A DNA stretch of 63,938 bases, filler included, from Octopus bimaculoides (taxonomy: Eukaryota): NCBI RefSeq assembly GCF_001194135.2. It is 5 parts of 4 records of this genome, joined end to end, with 100 filler letters (N's around TTAATTAATTAA, not from the genome) between each part and the next. Parts side by side here need not be neighbours in the genome. Positions count along the whole stretch, not along the records: positions 1 to 25,745 come from NC_068988.1; positions 25,846 to 47,823 come from NC_068987.1; 3 more parts are not named here. The stretch is one strand, 5' to 3'. The position numbers and the translations under genes are program-made. Below, piece after piece: positions 24,367 through 38,963 of this stretch (its first letter is position 1; each line of letters starts with the position of its first letter). The notes under the pieces are model-generated. The model ran no database searches. It was not told the DNA's origin and was given only the letters and a program-made list of their open reading frames with translations.

Positions 24367-25190
24367 TAGTTAGTCTCTGATTTTACAAATGCAGGATGGT
24401 CACGGCTGCAATGCCTTTGATCTAGTATTCAAACCAGTTTTAATCAAAACTTGGGACTAAATAACAGTAACAACAACAAAACGAATGTGCTTTAAAATGT
24501 ATCAATTTTTATCTAGCAGAAAGCAGGAAACTCTGGAGAGAGTGATTAGCAGGGCTTCAAAGAAGCCTCCCTTATGCCTATATTTCAGCTTTTAACTCCT
24601 TACTCTTGTAGTAACGCCGTGCGCATGCGTAGTCTCACGCATGCGTGGAATTCAACATCTAAGCTTTCCCGCTTTATTCTGTCTCTTCCTTGCTGGCCAG
24701 CGATTGAGCAAGGACGTGTCTAGCTGTCTCTCTCCATCTTTCGAACTCACGCTAGACAGCTCACATCAGCATACCAACGTCCCAACGACCATGCTCACAC
24801 CACCGAAGGCGTCTCAACAAACAAGAGTAAAGCTGTATATTTTCCACCATAAATAAATATTGTTGAGTTGATAGTTTGGAGTTCCGCGTTCCGTTCATTC
24901 TAATTTAATATAGGAAAGCAGGTGTACATCTAATGATGTATAACCCACTTTCCTATACTCTCTTAGAGGGGCCAGGCCAGATCTAAGTCATGACCCCTGG
25001 ATAACCCTCTGCTGCTGGCACATTCTAACTCCTGCATGGTTAAGGTACTCCAGAGTCAAGATTCCTTGGGTGTTGTTACCAGTTCAGTCAACTGCAGCCT
25101 TCTAAAATTCACTTCCATTCCTCCTTCATCAGATTCAGTTGGAAATTCTCTCAGTTGAACTTCTGAAGATGTACCATATTTTAAAATAAA

Positions 25191-25365
25191 GTGGCTGTGT
25201 GGTAAGTAGCTTGCTTATCAACCACATGGTTCTGGGTTCAGTCCCACTGCTTGGCACCTTGGGCAAGTGTCTTCTACTATAGCCCTTGGCCAACCAAAGC
25301 CTTGTGAGTGAATTTGGTAGATGGAAACTGAAAGAAGCCCATTGTATATATATATATATATATAT

Positions 25366-25399
<34 letters not shown>

Positions 25400-25555
25400 T
25401 GTGTTTGTCTCCCCAATATTGCTTGACAACAGATGCTGGTGTGTTTACGTCCATGTAACTTAGTGGTTCGATAAAAGAGAGTGATAGAATAAGTACTAGA
25501 CTTACAAAGAATAAGTCCTGGGGTTGATTTGCTCGACTAAAGGTGGTGCTCCAGC
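25191..25555 (+). mobile_element. SINE family A
   Basis: Similarity to 10435-10865. Confidence 0.85.
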
Positions 25556-25581
25556 CTAGAACTATAGGTGGTACTCAGCCC

Positions 25582-25612
<31 letters not shown>

Positions 25613-25745
25613 ACGTGAGAGAGTTAGGGGTTGGGGGTTCAACCCACTAAGGGATAGTATCTATCCAGTATACTGCTGGGAGGGTACCCAATTATTGCTA
25701 CACTAGTGCTATACTAAGTGCAATCAATGGGAGCGGGTAAAAGTG

Positions 25746-25845
25746 NNNNNNNNNNNNNNNNNNNNNNNNNNNNNNNNNNNNNNNNNNNNTTAATTAATTA
25801 ANNNNNNNNNNNNNNNNNNNNNNNNNNNNNNNNNNNNNNNNNNNN
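25746..25845. other. Synthetic assembly join N44-TTAATTAATTAA-N44
   Basis: Exactly 100 bp; an identical block occurs 4 times. Confidence 0.95.
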
Positions 25846-26180
25846 GGTTTCGATTCCCAGACCGGGCGTTGTGAGTGTTTATTGAGCGAAAACACCTAAA
25901 GCTCCACGAGGCTCCGGCAGGGGATGGTGGCGAACCCTGCTGTACTCTTTTATCACAACTTTCTCTCACTCTTACTTCCAGTTTCTGCTGTGCCTGTAAT
26001 TCAAAGGGTCAGCCTTGTCACACTGTGTCACGCTGAATATCCCCGAGAACTACGTTAAGGGGACACGTGTCTGTGGAGTGTTCAGCCACTTGCACGTTAA
26101 TTTCACGAGCAGGCCGTTCCGTTGATCGGATCAACTGGAACCCTCGACGTCGCAAGCGACGGAGTGCCAACAACAACAAC
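25846..26180 (+). mobile_element. Probable third SINE family (head cut by an assembly join), (CAA)n tail
   Basis: Starts with B box GGTTTCGATTCCC, GC-rich body, (CAA)n end. Single copy here. Confidence 0.55.
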
Positions 26181-29100
26181 CTTTGATCGTACATCTGTTA
26201 AATCTCGGCTGACTTACATGAACAACTTCGATATCAGTTCCAACCAGGTAACGGACGGAGAGGCACTCTCGTGACGTAACAATAGCATGTTTTATTTGAA
26301 AAGGAGTTACAAGACGCCATTCACTTCTGCATATTGTATTAAAATTAACCAAGCTTGACTCGGCTTTCCCGTAGTGGCCTTCTACTCTAGCTGTTGGGAA
26401 AAGTGTATCTAGGACTACAGTACCTAAAGTATTTAATGTATTTTAAATGCAATATTTAATGTATTATAAAGAATAGATTTGAAGAAAATATCTATTAATT
26501 AAGAATTTATGATTCAGAAACTCAGTCTTGTTTTGGGAGTACTCTTCTAACTATTCTACCTCTGTCTGTCTGTCTGTCTGTCTCTCTCACCATGCGCGCG
26601 CACACACTCATATACAAGGAGAGTGAAAAATTATACGCACTCTTGTTTTTCATTGTATTTACACAAAAGCAGGGGATAAACAACTACGTCATTTTTCTAT
26701 ATAGTCTCTTTCTTTTTCGATGCACTTGGTCCATGCGTGCAGAAGATTGCGTATTTCCTTCAAGAATAATATCATGAAACTATAATAATTATGAAGCTAT
26801 AATACGTATCGAAAACATAAAGTAAACATATGCGCAATTAGCTCCATTTTTATACATCATGAATTGAAATCGAATGTCCTCAACCAACGTGCTGTGTCAG
26901 AATTTTACATCAGTGAATAAATTCAACTTTGTATTATCTGGCCGAAGAACTGAACTATTTAACTACATAAATACAAGGATAAAAACTATTAAAAAAATAA
27001 TTTATACCAGTGGTTAGCATGCGTAACAAAAGTCAGAAGACAAACATTATTTTGAATATAAGAGTGTATAGAAATTTGTACATGGACTACGTACATGTGT
27101 TTTCGGTGCATGTTATAGCTTCATAATTATTATAGTTTCACAATTATACGTCTTCCAGCGACTCTCCTGATGAGCCATGATTGGATAATTAATCAATTAT
27201 TTTACAAATTAATTGATTTATTTGATCATTAATGGCGAAAATCATGGCTATAGAGTTAACTGAGATTTTTATTCATTCAAGTGCCCTGCTCGCTTACAAG
27301 GAATGTGCCATAAATAAGAATGCTTTTTTCGTGGTTTGGGATTTGACTGCACTTTTTAGCGCTTAAGACGTCCACATGGTGGTCCTCTCTCTGTATAAAT
27401 GTTTATGCACTCTTATATTCTAAAAATATTTATGTCTTCTGACTTCAAATTACGCATGCTAACCATCAGTATAAATTACTATTTTAATAGATTTTACTCT
27501 TGTATTTATATTTTTAATTATTTCAATTCTTCGGCCAGATAATACATGGTGGAAATTATTCACTGCTGTACTATTCTGACTCGGCACGTTCGTTGAGAAC
27601 ATTCGATTTGAATTTCTGGTGTATAAAGAGGGATCTAAATGCGCTAGTGCTTACTTTGCGTTTTCGGTACGTATTAGTTTCATAATTCCTGTTAGTATTC
27701 CCTCCGTGCATAAATTTTTATACACTCTTATAAAAATATTAATATCTTCTGACTTCTATTACGCATGCTAACCACTGGTATAAATTATTATTTTGTTAGT
27801 TTTTACCCTAGTATATGTGTGTGTGTGCATGTGTATGTATGTGTCCGTGTATCATGTATGAGTAGAAATTCCATTTGGTTAGTTCTGAAAGAAAGAAAGC
27901 GTTATCGACTTGAGCTTGGCACAATTCGATCAAAATGCCTAGAATTAGTTTATGATAGAGACTCAATAAGAATATAAAACCAATTCGAACACTTTGACTC
28001 ATTCAATCAGTTGAATGTTAGAATGAAACTGAATTGTCTCCTCGTCTGAAAGATATTTCAAGGGTTCGATTATTTAACCAATTGTACATATTCGCGTTGG
28101 CTCTGTCAACTAGAAACAGCAGCTAAGTCTCCTTCACATACACTACCATTTAAAAAAAATGATTGCATAGTATAAGTCATATATGCACCTTATGCGTAAA
28201 GTAGGAGAAATAGTCAAAGATGATATCGATAAATCTAATTACATAAGTGTTCGATTGGAACTGACTTGTGTATTAGCAATAGCAAGTGATGCTATTTGAA
28301 TTAAATGCTTTTATTATCTTTTTGACAGCAAACAATATCATAATCCATGAAGAAATCATTTCCCTTTCTTAATTGAAATATAAGATCCCAGCAACCATGG
28401 ATAAAGCAACCACTCTATAAATGATTGTAATCAGAAAAGAACAGGTCACGTATATCATTACTTTTTGTCATCCTGACATGACTGAGCAAGCCTATGAGCA
28501 AAAGCTTTAAAAAAAATCACTACTTTTTATTGTCTACTTGTATCCTTCTCATTTTAAGGTGGTAGGTTAAATTTTGGAGTGAATATTTCAGAAACGAAGA
28601 ATACCCCCCATTTAACTATAACTGTTTTATATACGGTTGTAAAGAACCGTCTACAATAAAAATATAAAAGATACGAGTGTAAAGTTCAGTTCTTTATGTA
28701 TTTTGCTCTCTTCAGCTTTTCATTTTCATCAATTGAATCTTGTTTATAGGAACTGCGGGCTGAAGTTCTGGTTTTCTCTGCATACATTTGATTATTACGA
28801 TATCTTGAGAAAATATCCTAGTTATGGCTAAACTCTGGGGAAGAAAAAAATGTTTGATGTCATTTTACATAATGTAAACTTGCTGAAAATGTTGCATAGA
28901 TGTACTTCAGACTTCAAGAAATCTAATTTTCAAGTAATGTTTCCATCTGTTAAAAGAAGGGCTTCATATTTTCATTCATCTAAAGCTACACTTTATATCT
29001 CTCCCCCAGAATTAATTAAACGCTTTTGATGTCATCCGATAAAACGACATCTTCATGTTTGGCTGCTTTACATGTCATTCTTTCTAACTTAGTCATTGGA

Positions 29101-29313
29101 TATTTAAACACCCACCCAAATAACCTTCAGAATTTCTTGAGAGTTAATTTGACATGAGGCGCTGGAAATAGAATGTCATCTAATTTCACTATATTCTATT
29201 GTTGTATAACGTATAACACAACAATACACTACTGTTTTTTAGAGTCACTCCTTCCTTTCTTATATATAGTTCCTTTCATTACACGTGGTTTCAAAAGGAC
29301 TGTCAAAGTAAAC

Positions 29314-29358
<45 letters not shown>

Positions 29359-29489
29359 TTATATATGCATGTATATATGTATTTATATATACATAGTCCA
29401 CCAATATATATGAGGACGGATGTTTTTGAAAAATTCACAAAATCATTAATTCTAGCTGCAAACAACTTTTATTGACATCAATGTGTTTG

Positions 29490-29900
29490 TAATCGAATTA
29501 GCATTTGTCAAAATCAAGTGTGGTAAACAACATCCATCATGTGGTGTCCGTTTTTATTGATGCATTTCTGAAGTTGGCCTCAATTCTCTCCAGCATGGCT
29601 CTGTACATAGTCCCATGTTTTACAGTCTGGCACAGTGGCTAATTTGTACGGATAGAAATGCAGGTCTTGATGCAAAATAGTCTTACCGATGCCAAGCTCA
29701 CTGGAATGCTTTTAAGAAGAGCGATATGGACTCTATATCAAAGTTTGTCCGACGCATAAATGACGTACGTAGACACAGGATGATCTATTGTCCAGAGTTC
29801 CATGGCTTCACCTGAAAAGAAAACAAAATGCTAAGACAACACAGACCGAATAATACCTGTCGAACATGTGCCCTGCTCCTTGTGGCTGAATAATAACCAT
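29490..29900 (-). mobile_element. Deleted Tc1/mariner relic
   Basis: KTILHQDLHFYPYKL fused to a C-terminal LQKCINKNGHHMMDVVY motif. Confidence 0.55.
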
Positions 29901-32900
29901 TTGAAAAACGTCCGTCNNNNNNNNNNNNNNNNNNNNNNNNNNNNNNNNNNNNNNNNNNNNNNNNNNNNNNNNNNNNNNNNNNNNNNNNNNNNNNNNNNNN
30001 NNNNNNNNNNNNNNNNNNNNNNNNNNNNNNNNNNNNNNNNNNNNNNNNNNNNNNNNNNNNNNNNNNNNNNNNNNNNNNNNNNNNNNNNNNNNNNNNNNNN
30101 NNNNNNNNNNNNNNNNNNNNNNNNNNNNNNNNNNNNNNNNNNNNNNNNNNNNNNNNNNNNNNNNNNNNNNNNNNNNNNNNNNNNNNNNNNNNNNNNNNNN
30201 NNNNNNNNNNNNNNNNNNNNNNNNNNNNNNNNNNNNNNNNNNNNNNNNNNNNNNNNNNNNNNNNNNNNNNNNNNNNNNNNNNNNNNNNNNNNNNNNNNNN
30301 NNNNNNNNNNNNNNNNNNNNNNNNNNNNNNNNNNNNNNNNNNNNNNNNNNNNNNNNNNNNNNNNNNNNTATATATATATATATATATATATATCAATTTA
30401 TGAATATATATGTACAAATGTATGATTTTATCCTTAATTCTATAAAGTAAATTTGAGGTCATCTTAGCTTTATATAGTGTATTGTCTTTATGTAGTCTGT
30501 GATTTGTTTCTGTGGTTTATAGAGCTATACTGAATGATGATTAAGTTATATGGAGAATTCTGCCGGGACATTATTGTAAAAGAAATTACTGTTTAAAATT
30601 AGATTTTTATTAGTGTTCATTATTGTATCAAGCGTTAGGGAATGTGGACATTTTAATCAGGTGTACTTGTAGGTGTGTCAGGTTTAGGTCATGCTGTTTG
30701 AACTTAAAGATTTAGTTCTTTCGTATTTTAAGGGTCCTAAAAATGTGAGTAGGTGTAATAGAAAAAAAACAATACTTTTGTCATATTACAAGTATCATTA
30801 CAAAAAAAAAAAAAGATTGAAACTGAATAATAAAAAAAAAAACATATATATTAATATAATTCGTAAGCCTTCCCGAAAGCCAAAGTTAAAATTTTCTGAC
30901 AACAATTAAACGGCATTTGGAAATCATCAGACCAAGTGCTTTTCAAGTAACGCAACGCTTGAAAACCAAATTCAAAATAAAATTAAGAGATTAAATAATA
31001 TTTGTGAGAATTTAAATGACAGTTCAATTATTCATTAAGGTTTAAAATTATTAAAGATTTCTTATTCGTTCCTACAGATGTTCATTTATCTCTGCACCAC
31101 ATTATATAATACGATACAAATTATTGAGCTCACAAACACTTATGCTATATCATTTAATAGTAATACTTCTACAGTACTTTCCTTAATCCTCGTGCTCTTT
31201 TATGTGGAGCTAGAAAGATTCAACATATCCGGACAATGATAAACGCTTATCTTCTTGTTTCAATGTACTGAATCAATTTAGCGATTAAGTCTATATGTAT
31301 ATATATATATATATATATATACTACAGCATGGAAAACGCAGTTTCAACAACGTACATGTTGTGAAAAAAAAAGAACATTAATTAAACGTTGGACCTCAAA
31401 TTTGGATATCAAACCACAAATAGACTTGTTTATGGTTATGACTTTATAAAAAAATTGTTTGTGTGTAATTTCATTTTCAGTATTATGTCACAGTATGAAA
31501 ATACCTTCAGTGGTTTTGGGGCGTCCTTCATCAGATTCATCAAATTAATGAAAGAGCCAAAAACAACATAATGTACATGTGATTAAATATCTCTGCTATT
31601 TGTGTTCAGAAACAAAATTTTAATGTTTGTTACAGATGTACATAAGCACAGTCTAAGAATTCGCCTGCGACGCCAGCAAATTGTCTGAGGTAAATCAATC
31701 TGTGCCTAGGATATAGCAACGCTAAATTTGTATTCTATGAGGTAAGAAAGAAAAGATAGTCTTATATCATCAAGAGTCACCCTGAAGCTGTATACTAATT
31801 TCATAAAAAAACATCTACAAAAACCGTGTCATACAACAAATGTTAACTTTCTAACATTTCAATTCAATTGTTATTGATTCTATGCTCTTACGCTAAAGGA
31901 AATTTAGCACACTATCGAATATTTGCACTAGTTGGCACAGAATTTTGCCCATGGGAAGCCATCGAAATTCTGTATCAAGGAGTAATTTGTCAAATTCTAC
32001 TTTGTTTTCGGCACTCATTTGTTAAAATGTTCGATCAAATTCTGCTGAAATTTTGATATGATTGATTATCTTCACAGGAATCAGGAGTAATTGATGCTTG
32101 TCTGGACGGAGGTATTTTGTTGCAATGAATCGATCAGCGAATCGCAGTGATATATGTTGCTTATTTATTTTTGTGAATATGATATGTGTGTTTGATATCA
32201 ACCAACAATAACGTAAGCTCCACAGTTGCACAAAAAATAATTTTATTAATGGGAATATTGTTTTCAGAAAGTAAACAACTATTTATTGAGACAAAGATAG
32301 ATTGACTCTATGCATCACTCTCCAGCTTTTCGTTAAAATATCATCTCTTTCTCAAATGCATCTTAATCATAGATAGCCACCAGGAAAACCACAACATCAT
32401 CAACATTTAGTTCATCCAGATCTAAGGATATCGCTGTTCTCGAAGCTTTTCAATTACTTGATATTTTACGTCATCTAACGCGTTATCGATCGGAATTATC
32501 GGAGTTTCTGTATAGATCGGCATAAGTGTAGCTCGCTGCTTGTATCACGTCTATAAAACTTTATTCATTACGCACCCACGATTTGATCCTAGTGTGCTAT
32601 GCTGCTTCTGATGATCATTGCTATTATATGACAAATCGGTTGTTATGGTTAAACATCATCAATATACCACAATCTTGAACGTTCATATAACACATAATCG
32701 ATAGTAATTGTGTGGAATCCAAAATATGGATCAAATTAAAAAAAAAAACGGCAATATTTGAATTCAGAACGTGGATCAGAGAGAATACTTATGGGAAACA
32801 CGGAAATATACTTTAACAAGATGTACTACATTTCTTCACGTTCTAGCGATTTTGGTGCCTTAAATATTAATTCCTAACACAAACAAAGTTTTGTAGTTGA

Positions 32901-33068
32901 CAGGAAGGAAATAGATTAGTTCTACTTCTTTAATTGAATGCTTCTTACTTTAGTTCCCCCAAAAAGTTAAGACATCGATCTTGGTGGGATTCGAACTTAC
33001 AACGTAAAATACAGTATTTTATGCAATAGTTTAGCGACTTTGCCAATCCATTGATTTGCATTTCTTAA

Positions 33069-33978
33069 CGAGGTGCATTCAGAAAGTATCCGAATTTATT
33101 TCCTCCCACGAAACCTAAAATTGCTTGGGCAAGACCTATGATTGGGATGTGCCACCACCAGTTTGGCACATGAATGAAAATTTTCGCGCCGGTAGGCCGT
33201 GTCAATACCTGCCGATTACGTCTAGAATACAGACATGTAGTGTGTGCTCGTTGGATTTTAGTTTTCACCGAACGCATCGAGCAGAGATATTGCATCAATA
33301 TATGATAAACGATCGATGATACCGCTCAAACCATCCAGATGATTCAGCAGCCCTTTGGCAATGATGCAATGGGCAAAACACAGATCAACGTATGGTACAC
33401 CTGTTTCACACATGGCTGCACCTCGGTGAAGAGTGAGGCATTCTCAATTAGACCATCCACAAGCCGAAACAAGGAACCGATTGAGAAGGATCGGTGAATA
33501 GTCATAGAAGCGTGTCATTCGATAATCCAGGAAATTGCTGACAAAGTGGGAATAAGCACGGGATTAGAGCATTCCATTCTAACGGAGGATTTGTGCATGC
33601 GGAGAATATTGGCGAAATTCGTCCCCAAGGTACTGACAGAGCATCAGAAATAACTCCACAGGGAATTCCTTCACCACAAGCTAAACTGTGCAAAAACGAC
33701 CCAGACTTACTGAGGACCGTCATCATTGGTGATGAGACATGAGTTCATGGTATCTGCTTGATGCGTTCGGTCATCTTACGTGAAAACGAAAATCCGACGA
33801 ACGGGCACTGCACGTCTGTACTCTAGGTATAACAGCTTGGAAGTGACACGGCCTATCAACGCAAAACTGTTCGAACATACTCAGGGAGGATGGCGTCTCC
33901 TCCTATCCAAAGATTTTTCCACGCGCCATTAATTTTGGCGAGAAAAAATAAAGTCGGATGATCTTTGAACGTACCTCG
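33069..33978 (+). mobile_element. Internally deleted mariner element with TIRs
   Basis: Left CGAGGTGCATTCAGAAAGTATCCG vs right (reverse complement) CGAGGTACGTTCAAAGATCATCCG, with TA flanks. Translation MIQQPFGNDAMGKTQINVW..IQEIADKVGISTG..AKFVPKVLT..VIIGDET. Confidence 0.85.
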
Positions 33979-34759
33979 TACATACAGTAAAACAAGGGTT
34001 TTCTACCAAGATACATGTCATAACTACGGCTTCGTTTTCTTAGAATAGAATACTTTTGAAATCTCTCAACTATCTCCGGGGAGATTGTGCGTGAAACAGC
34101 TGTCAAACGTCCCTCTAAATACGACCTCTCACCCACCAATATTGGAGATACATTAAATAATACAGTTCTAGATAGGCAATACTTGAGAGAAGCAGATATG
34201 ATTTTTAGTTTGAACTACTTTCACAATAAATCTGCTCATCGCTTTTGAACTTTAGCTGAAAAACAAGAAATGCTACGAATGCTGACTGGTACTTCATAAA
34301 AGCATCCTTTCTTTTCTTCTTTATCTTACATCATACATCGCGATCAAAAGTTTTCCAACGATGGCCAGTCTTTGATTTTGAACGTTATGTAGATTATCTC
34401 GTGTAACATCTTATATATGACAGGTGAGATATAGTTTGGGAAAGAAAGGAAAACAAACAAGCACGACGAATCTCTATCGTTCAGACTGTTATATTTCTCT
34501 GGGTGCTGGTGGCAGTTTTTCTAAGATGTAGATTATATATAATACACGAGAAGACTAACCACCTCTTGGTCAGCTACAAAGGCCAGTACTATTAATTAGC
34601 AGATTTACGTGGACTGTTGAGCTTTAATTGAGTAACTTGCTATAGTTTTTTTTTTTTTGGCCGTTTATTCGCAGGCGATCTTTGATCGAGAACATTTATG
34701 GCCTTTTCACGATCATTTTGTCTTTTCTCCTAATGGCACATTCTCATAGCACATTATGA

Positions 34760-34845
34760 AATGAAAGGCAGTAGAATTTATCAAATGAAAGGCAGTAGAA
34801 TTTATCAAAAGAAAGGCAGTAGAATTTATCAAATGAAAGGCAGTA
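34760..34845 (+). repeat. 24-bp tandem repeat, ~3.5 copies
   Basis: AATGAAAGGCAGTAGAATTTATCA units. Confidence 0.9.
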
Positions 34846-36171
34846 TCTCATGCTGTTCGAGTGACCGTATTGTGTTTGCATCTTTTCATAAATGTCAATA
34901 CGATCACTGAATTGGCTCAAAGACACTACTGTCGTTATCGTTAAGTCTTTAATCTAATCAATGTACAACGGATGATACCAGTCATCATCCAATAATTCTT
35001 AACAATTTAGTCAAACACATTAATAAGTAGATATTCTGCTTATATTCAGACATGTAATCTTTTTAAGTGTAGAGTTCATTATCTCCATCCCGCATTAAAT
35101 GGCAGTACTTCCAATGCTAGACTGCATCACACAGTAGACTACATTAATGCTTATGAATACAAAAGCAATAAAATATTGTGTGGTATAATCCTCCATATCT
35201 TTTAAATAATTGTTCTAATGTTGCCACATATGTCTAAATCTTATACATAAGCATTAGTCTAATCGCATTAAAACAAGTTTGAGCAATTTCATTATCGATA
35301 CTGTTGCCATACTGTTTTCTTATTTCAATCCTAGAAATGGTTTTCAAAAAAGAAAAACCAAAAGACAAAACGATTAATTTGCTCATCACTATTTCAAAAA
35401 GATTCATTAATAAGATTAGTTTTTACAGATAGTTGCATGCTATATATATGATACTGAAGACTGAAATACATGATCAGTTTTACTATCAGAGTGAATAAAG
35501 GAAAATGTTACGTTATACGTACATGATAATAAATATATAAATAAAACAGAAATTTCTTGACAGCTCTTCACGATATGCTATGTATTGATATTTCGAAGCT
35601 CATGTGAAGATTCTTGTTTATAGATTATTGTACGTCTTCATTGCTTCGATCATTTGAATAATCGGAACTCTGTAACACTGAAAGGCGATGAAAGTGTTTC
35701 GAGACTTTCAATAAGGTAAACCCTCGGCAACTAAAGCGGTACTCCTACCTGGCTAATCTGGTGACGATGGTTGCTAGAAACCCAGAAAAACTAAAACAAA
35801 ACCTGTGAAGAAATCGGACGAATCACGTGTATATAGAACGAGTATCTAGCAATAGGTGTCAGATATATTGGCTGGAAGACCACAGGGAGTACAGCAGTTA
35901 TACAGCTTCTGTTAAAGCATGTATCGAAGAGAAGGCCACCATGATATAAACAGGTTATGCAGGGAATAGCAATGTACATTTTGAGGATAACTTGCCTACG
36001 CTTGAGCTATGATGGTCCCACACTCCTGAGACTGTAATCCTTATTAGTAGTGGATATCTTGCCTCAACTTGTCTCCGCATCCTGTCAATTGTGTGGAGAG
36101 GGGCTATAAGATATTGTGCAAGCTTTATCTCACACAGGCATTGCTTTGGCAATATATATATATATATATAT

Positions 36172-36390
36172 ATCGGGAGAATTCACAAAAAGAAAACAAA
36201 AGACGGAGACAGGTGGTGTAGAAAACAAACAGATGTATTAGTATAACACTTGGGAATTGAAGAAGTCTTAAACGTTTCTAGCCTACGCTCTTCTACAGAA
36301 AGGAACACAGAAAGAAACAAGGAGAGAAACAAGCAGAGAAGAAAAATGTGTGTAGATGTTAGCGATCTATCATGACGTATGATATATGAA
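36172..36390 (-). mobile_element. Diverged H2-related element with degenerate hammerhead (36266-36303)
   Basis: CCTTT CTGTAGA A GAGC-GTAG-GCTA GAA ACGT T TAAGA. Flanks similar to the 8901 copy; embedded in (TA)n. Confidence 0.75.
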
Positions 36391-37439
36391 TATAATACAT
36401 ACATATATANNNNNNNNNNTATATATATACATACCAACTTTAACTATCCAGAAATATCAGTAAGCCCACTAATATTTGAATTAAAACTGGATAAGCCAAT
36501 TTGCATCTCTAACATTTTCATGACAATGATTTCGAAAATTAAATAAATGGTGAGTTAAATGCATAGCTTGGTTGCTAAAACACTTTAGAACAAGGTCCTT
36601 TATATAGCATTGTGTTACAATGAATGAAAACAATTTGTGTATAATATGCGTGCGGAAAGAACAAAGGAGTACAGTTGCACATATGTTTTGACTCATCTTG
36701 GTGTATTGTTTAGTTTCTGTGTACCAACTTTTAGTATACACACATTGCTTTTAAACCTACTTGCAATAACGGTTAAATAAACTAGTTAGCTCAATTTGCA
36801 TATTTAGTAATTTTGTTGCGACGTGTTCCATAATTAAATCACTGGCTTATTAACAATGTTTCAAATTATTCCTATAATTTAATGTAGAATATATTTGCAG
36901 ATGTTTTCTCATTTGTTCTCTCCGTTACCGTACAGGCGAGTTGTTTACAACCGACAAATGATGAGTTGTTGGCTAAAATGTATTCATTATATAAACGAAA
37001 CGAAGCACTGTTACTGTACCAGTAATTAAATGCGTATATATATGGGTATATATTTTACACCTTATACACTTATGCATGCAAATTACTTTGGCTTTGTTTT
37101 GGAATTCATGATTAGTTCATGTACTCTCCCTCTCCCTCTCTCTTTCTTTCTTTCTCTCCCGCCTTTTTCTCTCTCCATCTTTTCCACTCTCTCTCTGCTT
37201 CTGTCTTATGTCTCCCCACTTCGTCTCTTCATCGGGGCATTTATAAATTTTCGCAGGCACGCAGAACCGAAGTTTATTGTTTAAAAGATGAGAGTCGATC
37301 AGTCCCTGACGATAAGGCGGTAATAATGAAGGGGATATTTTAGCACAAACTGAACAAAGGAAACTTTAGTAGAGTGATAGTAAGAGTGATAGTAAGAGTG
37401 ATAGTAGAGTGATAGAAAGAATTTTAGTTGCGAATGTAG

Positions 37440-37516
37440 AAGCATCAGCATCTGCAGCGGCGGCGGGAGCAGCAGCAGCAGCAGCAGCAGTCGTCGTCGT
37501 CGTCGTCGTCGTCGTC

Positions 37517-37555
<39 letters not shown>

Positions 37556-37737
37556 ACAAATATAAAACTTCTATTTTAGCTACATAACAGAAGTTCTAGA
37601 AGAAGAAGAAGAAGAAGAAGAAGAAGAAGAAGAAGAAGAAGAAGAAGAAGAAGAAGAAGAAAGAGAAGAAGAAGAAGAAGAAGAAGAAGAAGAAGAAGAA
37701 GAAGAAGAAGAAGAAGAAGAAGAAGAAGAAGAAGAAA
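37440..37737 (+). repeat. Compound trinucleotide array (AGC)n(GTC)n(GTA)n and a long (GAA)n
   Basis: Directly visible. Confidence 0.95.
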
Positions 37738-38915
37738 GACGAGGGGATAAAATATGATAAAAATTGTGTTATAGAGTTATGGATAATTGATCACATCTGG
37801 GTTAAGGTGTGTTGCTGTTGAAGTTTGGCTTGCACACTTGTATGCAAACGGACTCTGTGACATGTCTTAATATGACATCAGAAGCGTGAGTAAATAAGAT
37901 ATCTAACCTAAGTTTATCTATGGAGCCAGTCTAGTCCGTGCTGGTAGAAAAATATGATTGTTCTAATTTCAACAGAGTAATTCTAATTTTCCCTAAATGC
38001 TTCCTTAACACTCCTCTAAGTTTCACGTATATAGGATTCCAAGAGTTCTGCATATGCTTCTTACGGCGCTTTATGAGGCACATCGGGAATTTAACTTTCT
38101 TTAGCTTTGATGTGTGGATTTGATGGAGCAGATAGCATATGGTTACTTGGATAGATGTTATTTTCAAAGTGGTAAAATTTCCAGATACAAATTTGGTGAA
38201 TCTAGCAGTGTATTCGATTAAACTTTGAATATTTGCTCTTTATACTGTCATTGCAAAGGATTAAATACAATAATGCGAAAAACAAATAAAACTACTGACA
38301 CTTTCTATACCCACCTACCAAAAGGTTTGCATCTAAATACTTTTGCTTAGAAATGTGTCCGTACATGAATCTATTCTAAACAATAACATAATCCAAAATT
38401 CACTCAATAAAAAGTTCCCTAAAACACCTCTCCATAACAACTCGCCCTACAACCTAATTGCCATTCCTTTCAAACCCAAGTACCCAAGCCACGATTGAAA
38501 TATAACCCAAAATGTAATTGGTAGAACTATATACATGTTCTATCTCATGCAGACGTCTCGTGTATAGTTCTGCAAATTATATTGCAAAGACGATCATACT
38601 GAAGAGTTGCACACAATTAAGTAAGTATTTGACAACGAAACCGCGTTTGTGCTTAATCTTTATATTTTGTATCTTTTCATTTGTCTTGCTCGCTTACGTT
38701 CTGCCGTTTGCTGAATTTTCTTGAGAACAATCTTCTCCTAGTGGTCAGACCGTAGGTGGTCTTCTTCTAGCAAAGGGATGTCCACTTAGTGGTCATCCCT
38801 CTCATATGTATGTAATATAATTTTTCTGAATCTTTATATTTTTCAATTTGCAAGGCGACTAGTTTAAATTAATATTAATCAGATTAATAATCAATTTTTC
38901 AACCTTATTATTCGA

Positions 38916-38963
<48 letters not shown>

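Noticed and set aside
24607-24928. Possible solo LTR (TGT...ACA, AATAAA) with a GCGCATGCGT palindrome resembling an NRF1 site
   Set aside because: No target-site duplication and no second copy; a promoter role is unsupported.
31636-31689. AG/GT-bounded 54-nt plus-strand exon candidate
   Set aside because: Stops in all three frames and no partner exons identifiable.
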